A stretch of DNA of 64,000 nt from Ascidiella aspersa. Its lineage: Eukaryota. Numbering within the stretch: the stretch's first letter is position 1; each line of letters opens with the position of its first letter. Under the pieces are notes generated by a model that made no database searches, had not been told where the DNA came from, and saw only the letters and a list, made by a program, of their open reading frames with translations. Position numbers and translations under genes: made by a program. Positions 50,101-63,150 of this stretch are shown here, one piece after another. The DNA lies in assembly GCA_963924565.1 (NCBI GenBank), contig OZ004611.1:30008001-30072000 (forward strand), read 5' to 3'.

Positions 50101-50865
50101 ATAATCAAGATGCTGTCGATCTACTCGACCTTTTTGGCTTTGAAATTTATTATTATTTGTTATAGTTTTGACTATTTCGAATTTACCAATAAGCATGTAA
50201 CTGATATACCTAATAGATTTTTATTTTTACGTAGTTTCACTCCTCTGTAATTTGTTAGGGATTTTAGAGTTTAGACGTAAAAAATTCAAACTCCATAATT
50301 ATTATCTAATTAATTATATAGAGCTATTTGTTGTTCAGATTTTGAAGGACAAATGCATCCTAAAATCACACAAGAGGCTTCAAAAACTAACCGAATGTTT
50401 CAATCCATTATGTAAGCAAGGCGTGCCTACGAAAATTGACCTTAGGTGAATTTTAAACTCACGACCTATACCATACTGAGACCGTAGCTCTGTCGACTGA
50501 GCTCGCTGGCTCAGAGGGCAGAAAGTCGGGAAATAATTGAAATATCGTTGCTTGTTGCATGATGTTTGTAAAACTAACCTGCGGTGAGGTTCTAACTCAC
50601 GACGTCGGCCAACATGCCAGATCAGCCTTATCTAAACCCATCAGATATTAAAATCCTCGCCAAATTTAGCGCCGTGGCGTTTTGAAACCCGCGAGTTCTA
50701 ATTTGCGGCAAAGGAAAGTGAATGTAGTGAAGGCAAATATTTAATTACACCTTCGGGATTATGCTTTGGCAGGTTGGCAAAAGGCAGTTTACAACTCAAA
50801 CATTGATTCGTTTCGGGGTAACAGACTCTTGCTAAATTGCCTAAACGTGTTTCGGTGGTTCATAC

Positions 50866-51350
50866 CAGTGTTGCCAACAATTCATCTTGAAATGACTCAA
50901 GTCCTATTCAAATCATTTATGAAATAACTCAAGTCCAAACCAAGCTTTTTTAGAAAATAACAAGTTAAGTTCCAGTTACAAGTTATTATTAGAGAAAGTC
51001 ACCTCCAAGTAAAATCATTAATATAAAAAAAAAACAATAAACCTTTAGATACGTTCGATTTAAAGAAATAACACAACTAAAAAAAAAATGGAAAGAATAC
51101 AACATAGCAACCTAAACGCCTTATGTGCAACATTTGCTCAATTTTTTACCAAAATGTGAAACAAAAACACTTTTGACTAAAGGACTTAAGTCCAAGTTAA
51201 GTCCTTTGTGCAAAACACTTGAAGGTGGTCAATTTTTTTACCACATGTCAAGGTTTTTTACCCAAATGACATAAGTCAACGAAATACTTTTGAAAACAGT
51301 AATTTAAGCGCACTTAAGTCAAGTCACTAACTTAAGTCATTACAACACTG
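50866..51350. mobile_element. Putative MITE with CAGTGTTG/CAACACTG ends and internal AAGTC repeats
   Basis: 8-bp terminal inverted repeat; related end fragment at ~23850-23960; TSD unclear. Confidence 0.55.
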
Positions 51351-53175
51351 TTCTGTTCATAGTGAGAGTCAAACACGATTAGTAAGAGGGTCAAGTTGTT
51401 GGAGTCCTGGATCTAATTGGCTGATATAAACGCTTGTCCTGTTTTCCTAGTTTGTTGTGGTGTTGCTTGGATTTTAAAGTCCCCCCCCCCCTTCGCGCCC
51501 TTATATTTCTCTAAGCACGCATGTCAATTATAATGTCAATATATTTTTAGGAAAATATTTCAATTAAAAATGTTTAGTATAAATAGTCAAACCAATATAC
51601 TATGGGTACCTTCTGAAAATCTGTTTTCGAAATCAGTTCGCCTCATCACGATTGCAGTGCAAGCAAGGTCAGCTAGAGAAAACCACAATTATGCGGTGAG
51701 GTTTGAACGAACGACCTCGGCCATACCATGACAACTAAATAATTTGCTTAGCATTTGAGCAAGTGAAAACAGATTTTCTTACAATTTAAACACAAAATTT
51801 GAAAGCAAGATGTAACAAATGACACAAATTTTACCATTTTTCGGTTTAAAGTCAACAAGGCGTAAGGCGTATTATTCATACTTCCAAAGTAAACAAATCA
51901 TAAAGTGCCTAATTTATACTTAATAAGGTAGTTTGCAGCCGTAATTCAACACCACAAGATCACAATTAAATTTATTTGCAAGTGGATAATTTACTTCAAT
52001 CCAGATATTTCAAATATATAAAAGCATGATTAGCAATACTCAAAGAAACAATTTATAGGTCATTTCGAAGAAAATGATTTCATAATAAGTTCAAGGAAGA
52101 CGTATTAAGAATATCAAAGCCCATACTGAAGTAGGAAGCATTTCGAACGTTTTGAATAAATCCTAAGATAATGGTTGGAGTGTATGGGAGACCAGAAAAT
52201 GTTTTGAAGGGCGGGGGTAAAAATTTGATGCAAAATACATATCATAACTAATTTGTAAAAAAGTTGTATTTATCCTAGAGTTGTGACAAGCTGGAAGTAA
52301 TTTGAATAAGGTGAGGATGACTTGCAAGTGTAATTTGTTCAATAAAATATGAAAAAATTATAAAACAATGCAATAGTAGTGTTTTACCTAAAAAAAATAA
52401 GCGTTTATAGAAAATAAGCGACGGGCCGGATGAAACTGCCTTGCCCGCGGGTTTTAGTTTGCCTAGGTCTGCACTAAGCTATAACTCGCGGCCTTATAGT
52501 AGAAGGGTACGGATCCAATGTTTGACAACAAGTACAATATTCATTTAGGGCGTTGGATAGAGGCAAATTGAGTTTATTCTGCCACATTGTCACGGATCAG
52601 CGCAACTTAGACTTCGTACCATGCCAAGACAGGGATGGTTCCAGGATTTTTGTTTGGGGGGATTATAAAAGTTTTCAGGGATGACCCATCAAACAATTAT
52701 TGTTGAAAACACTATATTGTTGTTTTTGAGCGAACTCGTGCGCAAATTGTAGCTGAAGCAGTCTATTTGCGCGAAGAGCAAAAAAATGCGTTTATTTGGT
52801 TTAAATTAACAAAAATATAAATGGGAACGTGAGGTAGTAGACACATAAAAGAGATTCTTATATTGCTTGAAAGTACAGCATTTTTCAAAAGACATTTAAA
52901 AAAAATTATAGGCTTTGAAAGACCTAAAATCGTCCACTAGACATGATTTGAATATAATTCGCACACAAAACAGTACAAATGCCATGTTCAACACAATAAG
53001 AAATAGCCTAACAAATTGGTTTAAAGTGGCACTTTCAAAACAAATAACTCATCTGTATATAACCTTATGTATGGGGTTCTTTTAAATTCCATTAGGCCTT
53101 CATGAACCCCCTAAAACTAGTTTACGAACCTCCAAGGGGTTCCATGGACACCAGTTTGAGAACTCCTGCCTTATG

Positions 53176-53459
53176 CAGAGGTGGGCAACTTTTCGCCCGC
53201 GGGCAAAATCCGGCCCGCCATCGCAAATCATACGGGCCGCGACCTATTTCACAAACTGGGCGTAAGGCCACTCCTCACATTTGTTTGGCTATTTCAAGCG
53301 TAAATCTCGTTTCTCCATCGAGTAAATTGCAAAATACCCTAGTTTTATTCCTTATTAATTGTCTATATGCGTGAAGTCTACCAGTTAATATTTAACGGCC
53401 CGCAGAGACCTTTATGAGTTTGGTTTGACCCGTGACTGGAAAAAAGTTGCCCACCCCTG
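53176..53459. mobile_element. hAT MITE
   Basis: cagaggtgggcaac...gttgcccacccctg; TSD gccttatg/gctttatg; subterminal GGCCCG motifs. Confidence 0.8.
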
Positions 53460-54519
53460 GCTTTATGCACGGCGTCTTTGGGCTAAACATATTTCCCGTA
53501 AAACGGGAAAAACTCTATCATTTTAGAAATAACACGGCGTACTTGGGATCTTGCATCATTTTAGAACATCAAGGCCAATACGCGGAAAGCTTATGAATCA
53601 TATTTCAACCTCAAGTGTCCTAATTTGGCCGTAATACGATAATTTAAAGTGGGTAACAACCCTATTTTGCCACCGCAAATGTTGCGATTAAAAGTGGCGT
53701 TTAAGTGGCAATAACAGCTGATTAGCTAAATTACTAAAGTCGGAAACAAATTTTAAAGAGCAAAGGCAATGTCATTAGTTAGTCATAGGAACAATTTAGA
53801 AAAAAAAATAGGAATTTGAATTAGTATGGAGCAAAGGATACTTGTAAATTTCCTAATTCAAATATATTTATTTTAATTATGAAATTCGACTTCTTGATCG
53901 GCTAAGTTTAAAATGATCGGCTAAGTTTAAGTTTGTTTATTTATTCTTTCAGTTAGTAAAAATTGCACCCCAACCACAAAAAAAAAATTTTGAAGTTGAT
54001 TTAACATTGCGTTTTTTCGAAAAAAATCAGACAAATTGCAAAACCAAATTTATAAAACACATTAATCTAATCTATGCCACTCTTTATTAAACTATTGAAT
54101 AGAGATGGTTAGAATATAAAATTTGTGTACCGCAAATTATTTTCGAAATCTTAAGCTGCGCTGCCCGCGAAATTTGAGCACAATAAGCTATATATTTCAA
54201 CACTTATAAAAAACACTAAACACCTAAAAAGCTAAATGAAACATCCACGTGTAAACTGCTTTCCATTTCTTTTCAATTAACTAAAACGAAAACTTTGACA
54301 TGCCGTACGCGGCATGCGGCACGGCGCGGCAAAATGTTCAGATTTATTTACGCGTCGCTGTGTGGTTACTCGCCTAAACTGAGCAAGCGGCCGCAATCGC
54401 TGCGCGGTTGACATCTCTACTATTGAATCTAAAATGCGGCTTGCGAGTTAATATATTTGCCCACAACTGGTAGGAATGTCCGGTAATATCAGATCGGAGC
54501 CGATATCCGATGTCAAGTG

Positions 54520-56669
54520 GTATCAGTACTCGTCCGATACTAGGGTGGTATCGTTACTCGTCCGATACTAGGGTTGTATCTGTACTCGTCCGATACTAGG
54601 GTAGTATCGGTACTCGTCCGATACTAGGGTGGTATCGTTACTCGTCCGATACTAGGGTGGTATCGTTACTCGTCCGATACTAGGGTAGTATCTGTACTCG
54701 TCCGATACTAGGGTAGTATCGGTACTCGTCCGATACTAGGGTGGTATCGTTACTCGTCCGATACTAGGGTTGTATCGATACTCGTCCGATACTAGGGTTA
54801 TATCGGTACTCGTCCGATACTAGGGTTATATCGGTACTCGTCCGATACTAGGGTTGCATCGTTACTCGTCCGATACTAGGGTTATATCGGTGCTCGTCCG
54901 ATACTAGGGTTATATCGGTACTCGTCCGATACTAGGGTTATATCGGTACTCGTCCGATACTAGGGTTGCATCGTTACTCGTCCGATACTAGGGTTATATC
55001 GGTGCTCGTCCGATACTAGGGTTATATCGGTACTCGTCCGATACTAGGGTTATATTGGTGCTCGTCCGATACTAGGGTTATATCGGTGCTCGTCCGATAC
55101 TACGGTTATATCGGTGCTCGTCCGATACTAGGGTTGTATCGGTGCTCGTTCGATATTAGGGTTATATTGGTGCTCGTCCGATACTACGGTTATATCGGTG
55201 CTCGTTCGATATTAGGATTATATCGGTACTCGTCCGATACTAGGGTTATATCGATACTCGTCCGATACTAGGGTTATATCGGTACTCGTCCGATACTAGG
55301 GTTATATCGATACTCGTCCGATACTAGGGTTGTATCGATACTCGTCCGATACTAGGGTTGTATCGATACTCGTCCGATACTAGGGTTATATCGATACTCG
55401 TCCGATACTAGGGTTGTATCGATACTCGTCCGATACTAGGGTTATATCGATACTCGTCCGATACTAGGGTTATATCGGTACTCGTCTGATACTAGGGTTA
55501 TATCGGTACTCGTCCGATACTAGGGTTATATCGGTGCTCGTTCGATATTAGGGTTATATTGGTGCTCGTCCGATACTAGGGTTATATCGGTGCTCGTCCG
55601 ATATTAGGGTTATATTGGTGCTCGTCCGATACTACGGTTATATCGGTGCTCGTCCGATACTAGGGTTATATCGGTGCTCGTTCGATATTAGGGTTATATT
55701 GGTGCTCGTCCGATACTACGGTTATATTGGTGCTCGTTCGATATTAGGGTTATATTGGTGCTCGTCCGATATTAGGGTTATATCGGTGCTCGTTCGATAT
55801 TAGGGTTATATTGGTGCTCGTCCGATACTACGGTTATATCGGTGCTCGTCCGATACTAGGGTTATATCGGTACTCGTTTGATACTAGGGTTATATCGGTA
55901 CTCGTCCGATACTAGGGTTATATCGGTGCTCGTCCGATACGAGGGTTATATCGGTGCTCGTTCGATATTAGGGTTATATTGGTGCTCGTCCGATACTACG
56001 GTTATATCGGTGCTCGTTCGATATTAGGGTTATATTGGTGCTCGTCCGATACTACGGTTATATCGGTGCTCGTTCGATATTAGGGTTATATTGGTGCTCG
56101 TCCGATACTACGGTTATATCGGTGCTCGTCCGATACTAGGGTTATATCGGTACTCGTTTGATACTAGGGTGGTATCGATACTCGTCCGATACTAGGGTAG
56201 TATCGATACTCGTCCGATACTAGGGTTATATCGGTACTCGTTTGATACTAGGGTTATATCGGTACTCGTCCGATACTAGGGTTATATCGGTGCTCGTCCG
56301 ATACGAGGGTTATATCGGTGCTCGTTCGATATTAGGGTTATATTGGTGCTCGTCCGATACTACGGTTATATCGGTGCTCGTCCGATACTAGGGTTATATC
56401 GGTACTCGTTTGATACTAGGGTTATATCGGTACTCGTCCGATACTAGGGTTATATCGGTGCTCGTCCGATACGAGGGTTATATCGGTGCTCGTTCGATAT
56501 TAGGGTTATATTGGTGCTCGTCCGATACTACGGTTATATCGGTGCTCGTTCGATATTAGGGTTATATTGGTGCTCGTCCGATACTACGGTTATATCGGTG
56601 CTCGTCCGATACTAGGGTTATATCGGTGCTCGTCCGATACGAGGGTTATATCGATACTCGTCCGATACT
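54520..56669. repeat. 28-bp minisatellite, about 77 copies, consensus GGGTTATATCGGTACTCGTCCGATACTA
   Basis: Directly visible period of 28 with no spacers; internal TATCGG/CCGATA inverted repeat. Confidence 0.97.
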
Positions 56670-59600
56670 GGAGTGGCATCGGTGCCCCATCTGCATGGAA
56701 ATTCCAGCCACAATTTATGGTCTAACCCGGCGATTTTATTCTTCTACATCGAAAATATTACGGTTAACACCTTGACCTAACTATACTTCTTAACTCTAAA
56801 ACAAACTGAGGCTCATAATGTAAGACACTTGTCTTTAAACGTTTTAATGTTATGTGTATGACCTTTTGAGCATAGTTATGACGTCATTTAGTATGGGATC
56901 GGATGGCGATACTTTTCGTCCAAAATATCGGGTATCGGAATAAAATGTCATGTAACGGATACACCAAACCCTTGCTACACAGAGGTTTAGTTTTATGCCA
57001 GAATTTCGGTCCCTCGGTATAAATAATAACCTTTAAATGATCCGACAGTAAAGCAAACAAGTCAAAAGGCATAAACAGATAAAGTGGCAAACTTAAAAAA
57101 GATCACAGGAAATCTTAAAATTAAACAGTTCGTGAGTTGAATTGACTGGCGAATCCATGCCAAGCCTCTACGCACTCCTTAACCTAATTTAAATTCACGC
57201 AATAAACCATGACTTGCGGCATATCAAGGGAAAGGCAGGAGATAAATATTAAACAAATGCATGAACATGCCGGGCGTTGGACAGGGTTAAACGTTGTTTC
57301 AATACGCCGCAAAGAACTTAATCTGGGCTTTTGACATGTTTTTAGCCGACGATTCTTATTTCTAAATATCGGAGGATTTCGTCATAGTTCAACAATCCTG
57401 ATGAAAATAAGAATTCATTTCTGTCAATGTAGTTAATTTGCAATGGCTGAAAATAATGTCAAAAAGCAGCCTCAGAGTTATTTAACACGTATGTGTGTCT
57501 ATCGTTTATTTATGTCAAGTTGTACTTTTATGTTTATTTTTCTTAATTAACCTTTATTCGAACTCAATACGTACATTTTTGACTTCTTGTAAAGCCTACA
57601 ATCCCTATTTCGAAAGTTCTGAGTACTTAGTCTTATTTCCTGGCAAGAGGCACTACTTAATTGCGATTATTAGACTTCGGTCTTTTTAAGTTCAATTCTA
57701 GAAAGTAGGCAATCAAAATTTCTTTAGCTAGGAATCCTTTAGTTTTAACCTAAACGTGTTTCTATAGGTCAATTTTTTAAAGAAACCAATTTAATTAAAA
57801 ATAAAACGGTTTTGCTCTGACTGTATTTCAACTCCATTTCACTTGCACATTTTTTGGGTCGAAATCCACAGACTTATGAAGTCCATTTGTATTGTGTCGT
57901 CAATATGACATCATTTTATGAAATTTTCTTGCCCATCGTGGTCCACGCGAAGCAATAACAAATTTTAGGGGTCCACAGTAAAAAAAGTTACTTCTTCCGA
58001 TAGATATGTTATTCCGATACCGATACACGATTTTTTTAAAAAAGTATCGCGATCCGATACAAAATTACGTCATTACTATTTTCAAATAAGCGTAATAGAT
58101 CAAACTAAAACGCTCAGAGTTTGTTTTAGGTTGATTGCGTCATGGCCGATACCACCCTAGTATCAGACGATTATATTGATACTGTCTAAAATCCCTATTT
58201 TTAGGTTTCTGATTGCTACTCGTCTGAGTTTCACGCGGTTTTAAAATCTTTTAAAGTTAACAATAAATTACAAAGCCAAAAAGGTCAGGTAGATCGACAG
58301 CATCTTGATGAAGACGTTTCGATACGAGCTTGTATCATCTTCAGGTAACGTTTTAGGGATAAGATTTTAAATTTAGTATAGGTACACATTTAAGTTCAAT
58401 TGTCGATTTTAACGAAATTGCCTCGGTTTTAAACGTCATTTTCAGCCGCTTATTATTAACGGATTTTCCAAGCAAAACGAGCCGTCCTTGGATAACGATT
58501 TACCGACATAGATCGTGAACTAAACTAATAAAATCCAATTCCATTTCGAATGCCAGTTTTAACTGCTAGTTAAACAAATTTCAGTTATCCCAAAGAATTC
58601 CAATTCGTGGGATTTAAATTTAACAGTTATAGTTTTAACCTAATTTGGGAAAGTCTAAGATCGCGATTTAAATAGCAGATTACGCCAGTGCTAATAAAAT
58701 GCGTTTTAATGCATTCACAGTAACTCGGGTATGTAATTCCGTAAAAGGTATCAGAACACGGGTATGCTACTTGCTCATCAAATGCACATCAATCAATTAA
58801 AAAATATTGAACGTATAAATCATACATCTAACGTAATTTGTCTAATTATGGCTTGAAAAGATAAAATCTCAAGTGGCAAATATACGTATATTGACACCGC
58901 AAAATGCCCTCTTAAAATGGGCGAACAAGTGGAAATAAATGTCAGAAATGCTTAAGTACGCACACCCAAGAACCGTTGATACTTATATGTTCGTTGTGTT
59001 ATTTTTAGAAGCAATTTGCGGATTACTTTGAACGTACATTTCCCAGAAATTGACGTTGGTTTTGAAATGGTTGACTTATGTGGTTTTCGTTATTTCGAGA
59101 ACTGGGAAAGAATCGTAATCGTTGAGCAAGGCTTTGTTTAACTAAAAAAGAAATGTAGCATGTGTATGTATAAACCGTTGTTACCAGGCATAATATTAAT
59201 CAAAAAACAGCTCCTTTGGTAATTGCAATTTTTAACCACCGTTTCGGCAACCTTTTTAAATCGCCCTCTTCAGGGTGAATGACGTCGAACGTTCACATGA
59301 ACAATGGAAAAATAACGCTCGTACGAACAACTTTTGGTAAAACACAATGGAAAAAAAAGAAAAAACGCAGACAAGTGGTGTTGCAAATCATTACACATTT
59401 TAAATAGGCTTTGTTTATCTGAAATATAAGTTTAGCTTAGTATTTATGGTTGTTCAAGTATCACTCTTTTTGCATTGCCCCCCTTGCATTTTTTTCTTTC
59501 GCAAATCAATGCAAAATTTAAATGAACGAAAATAAAATTAGGTTTGTGGTAGGAATGAAAGACAATCGCATTTAAATATAATTATAGTAGAACAATTTTT

Positions 59601-60471
59601 AAAATCGTTTGTAATCTGAAAGTTTTAGAAATGTTGGACCTACTGTAATCGAGAATAAATAGGTATTAAGAAGTTACTGGTTTACTTGCATAACAATTCT
59701 TAAAGCAAATTTAGCTATCGAAAAACTATTAAAATTAGTTTTTGTAGTCATTTGTCTTTCTTTTGTCATAAAAAAGATTTTATGATTGTATTTATCTTAA
59801 TTTTATGTAAAAAAATATTATTACGCAAAAATTATTAAATGAGAACTTTTAATTTTCTGAAGTAATATATATATGACGATATCTAATTAACTAACTTTTG
59901 AGGCATATTGTACTTTATTAAACATAAAAAAATGTCAATTATGTGCTATGTTAGCTCACCGGCGACAAAGACCTCTTTAAGAAAAGGTGATTAAATACCT
60001 GAATCCCGTGGCAAAATTTGCTGCAAAAATGGATTACGACAAAGGGATAGCGTCAGTGTCTGCGCCGCGATGTCAAACAAAGAAAAAGTCAGCAACAATA
60101 AGACGTTAATGGCGCCTCTGCCAAGTCTATAGCCCTTGGGCCTTTAGCATTGTCAGTCAAGATTTCAGCGCGAAAAAATAAATCTTTTTCTTCGCGCGAT
60201 ATTTTGACGATTTTTGTCAACTGTTGAGTTACCGGTTGAATTCAAATAGAGTACACAAGTCGAAGTAGCAGGTTTAACAGGTGTATGATTGAAGTTGAAG
60301 CTATTACATATATGTGCCGGATATAACAGGTTAATTGGCCCAACCGACGGGCGTAATTGGTTATTTTTAACAGGGCAGACGAAACGGCATGAGGGTGCAA
60401 TTTAGACGCGCTAAACCGTATCAAAAACACGTAGGACGATTAAAGTTATGCGCACAGCTGGCAATAAAAGT

Positions 60472-60547
60472 GGCCAATCATAATCCAGCAGAGAGACCAT
60501 TCCCTTAATTTATTTGACGTAATTGGTTGCGCCTCATGAGTATAAAA
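60472..60547 (+). promoter_or_regulatory. Putative Pol II promoter of the downstream gene (CCAAT, CRE-like, inverted CCAAT, TATA)
   Basis: GGCCAATCA 60472-60480, TGACGTAA 60515-60522, ATTGG 60522-60526, TATAAAA 60541-60547, about 1.1 kb upstream of the ATG exon. Confidence 0.4.
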
Positions 60548-61709
60548 ACCCCGGTGAAATTCAGCCTGACTTGTGTCTGTTGTTCAAAGAACCTCGGAGG
60601 TCTAGCGTTCTTTGCATTTTTACAGGGATTTCAGCAGACGTTGAACAAGTTAAGTCGTGGAGTTGATGTAATTCTGGATCATCCTACCGAAAAACGTCGG
60701 TCGTTTTCCGTAGAGAATCCGATAGAAAAAAGCAGATTCGTAAACGTGTCAGTAATATGCTAATTACCTCCAGGATTCGCAAAAAAAACGATATAAGGCA
60801 GTTTATTGCTGATATGAGTAACGAGGGTATTTTGTTCAGTTAAATAATTGATCAAAAATGACCCATCGATCATTTAATTAATTGGTTTATAGCGATCATG
60901 CTTTAAGACAAAAAACATTAGGTTGAAACTGTAGCTTTACCTGGAAACTAGCTATTTTGATTTTGTTTTTGCATTTCTTCATTTCTTTTAAGGTTGTTGC
61001 AAATGCTTTTTTCGCCTTTGAAGTTTTGGCTTTCTTTTAATTTTACCTTTTTTCGCGTTTTACAACTTTTAAGTTTGTTTAGAATGGTGTTTTTTCATTT
61101 TGAACTTTTCGCTTTGCTTTTGAATTTAGCAAAAATATTTTTCCATTTGCTGAAATCTAAATAATACAAACCCATTAAATGCGCGTTGATTGAGTAGAAA
61201 ATACCACAAGAACAGTTGTTTTAAATTTAATTCGCAGGACGTTGTTACAAGAAATACAAAGAGAGATTTTAAAGATATACAGCGCTCCGTTATATTTGTT
61301 AAAACAATTTTACCAGGTTTATAAAGTTTGCAGAATTAGAATCTCAGGGACATAATGCATTTAATGAACTCGCAATGATTGTACTTTTCGTATAGGATTT
61401 TAAAGGCTTGAGTATGGTAACGACACTTTGAAAGCTGTTTATTTTGCAATAGTTTTCTGGTTTTATTTTGCAATAGTTCTCTGGTCCACAGAAATTTTGT
61501 CGTCTGTTTTTGTACGTGTGTAATATACAATTTGACTAAATTGCAAAATTGAAACTTGACATTACACAACTAATGTGAACTGTTATTTGGCATCTATTCA
61601 TGCTGCAGATTTTACAGATTTAAAGCGTTTTCATTTAAAGAAAGTCACTTTACTAAAGTGTGTTTTCGATGAGATCCTGAGCCGGCGACAAAACTTAGAG
61701 AGAAGAATC

Positions 61710-61827
61710 ATGAAAGTAATATTGCTGGCCACCATATTGGTTTTTTTTCGAGGTGCCGAAGGTTGGGAAAATGGACCTCTGCTTGGGACAGTCGATGCCG
61801 AAAAATTGGACAACTCAAACATGAAAG
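61710..61827 (+). CDS. First coding exon of a second secreted protein (gene continues past the window end)
   Basis: MKVILLATILVFFRGAEG-WENGPLL...NMK has a signal peptide with an A-x-G cleavage motif. Donor AAG|gtgtgt, phase 1; upstream acceptor near 61608/61617. Confidence 0.65.
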
Positions 61828-62454
61828 GTGTGTTGAATTCTTCTGGACTATTTTTTTATTTTAACCTTCTGCAGCATTTTATATGTTTCATTTCAGTGAT
61901 TTTAAATGTTGCTATTTTAGTTGCTAAGTATGTAACTCAAAACTTAAAATTTTAAAGTTTATACAAAATTATGACGTGCAATTCACTAATGATGGAAAAT
62001 CGAAATAATGACTATGCATCTTAATGTACGTAAAAAATGTAACAATAGCTCACAATTTGTTCTGAGGTGAAATGTGCCTAAATCAACTTTTAGGAATAAT
62101 ACCACTTTCGGATAACCACTGGTTTTATAACGATCAAATTGGTTTAAGAGTGGGCGATAGATTTGCGTAATTGTTAAACCGTGGATAGTTTCTTTGAATT
62201 AATGTTTTGATATGTTAGACTATAGTTTTAACAATTAAACGAGATCCTATCTGATAGCCACTTAATAGCATGCTGTAAAATGTTTAAAGTATTTAAACAT
62301 TTTAACACAAACATTTGTGTTTCTTGTAATGTTTGATCAGTTTATAATTATGGACAGATATGCCCGATAATAGCGAATTAGAGCCGATATCCCAAAATTG
62401 TAGTATTGGTACAAGTACGATATTAGTATAGCAGGGCAGACTAGAAAAACAACT

Positions 62455-62529
62455 AGCCTGCAGTGAGGTTCGAACTCACGACCTCCGGTCAAGCCGGGAC
62501 CGTCGCTCTACCAACTGAGCTATGCAGGC
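62455..62529 (-). pseudogene. tRNA-like cloverleaf inside a dispersed repeat (best-preserved copy)
   Basis: GCCTGCA/TGCAGGC acceptor stem, GCTC/GAGC D stem, GTGAG-TTCGAAC-CTCAC T arm, A and B boxes. The anticodon arm is 19 nt and non-canonical. Confidence 0.75.
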
Positions 62530-62630
62530 TCAGAAGGGAGCGAGTCGAGAAACAACGATACGCCAATGCTTGCTCAATGTGTTAGTACAAGCAACTTCAA
62601 TAGAAGGGGATTCACAGTACCATATCATTA

Positions 62631-62788
62631 TGCAATGAAACATGAACGCACACATGTGTGTTTACAACTGAAATCTAGCCCTTCTGAAGCTGCTTTTTAT
62701 CAAACTTAAATGGTTCGAGGTTTATGTGTTACCTTAAACCAGCTAGATTTCAGTTGTGAACACACATGTGTGTTCATGTTTTATTGCA
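62631..62788. mobile_element. Small fold-back element (about 48-bp inverted arms)
   Basis: tgcaatgaaacatgaac...gaaatctagc versus gctagatttc...catgttttattgca. Confidence 0.7.
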
Positions 62789-63150
62789 CCTTCGATATTA
62801 TGTTGATATCGGTGCCGATCCAATACAAAATAAGTAAAGGATTTTCAAACATGATTCTCCATCAAACACAGCGATTTCTTTCGTAAAAAATACCACCTCC
62901 CCCCCAAAAAAAAATACCACCCCCTCCCAAAAAAAACGTCAGGTGTCTAACATTCTTAACTTTGGGTCACAGTTGGTACCCTTAAAAAAATACCAAGCTT
63001 TTAAAGTAACTAAAATAAAAAGTTAAAAGAATTGTTGGACCAAAAAATTAAACAACCACCCAATTAAAAAACCTTAATGAAGGGCGTTTTTGTTGTCGTG
63101 CGTGTTTCCATTTTTAGCCTTGACGTATCCACGCTCCTATTTGTTTACAG

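Noticed and set aside
54520-56669. CRISPR array (28-bp palindromic repeats)
   Set aside because: Units are directly adjacent with no unique spacers, there are no cas genes, and the context is eukaryotic. ORFs 55086-55271 and 55615-55803 are repeat translations.
62455-62529. Functional decoding tRNA gene
   Set aside because: The anticodon arm is 19 nt, with no 7-nt loop or U33, and the copies are dispersed and diverged.
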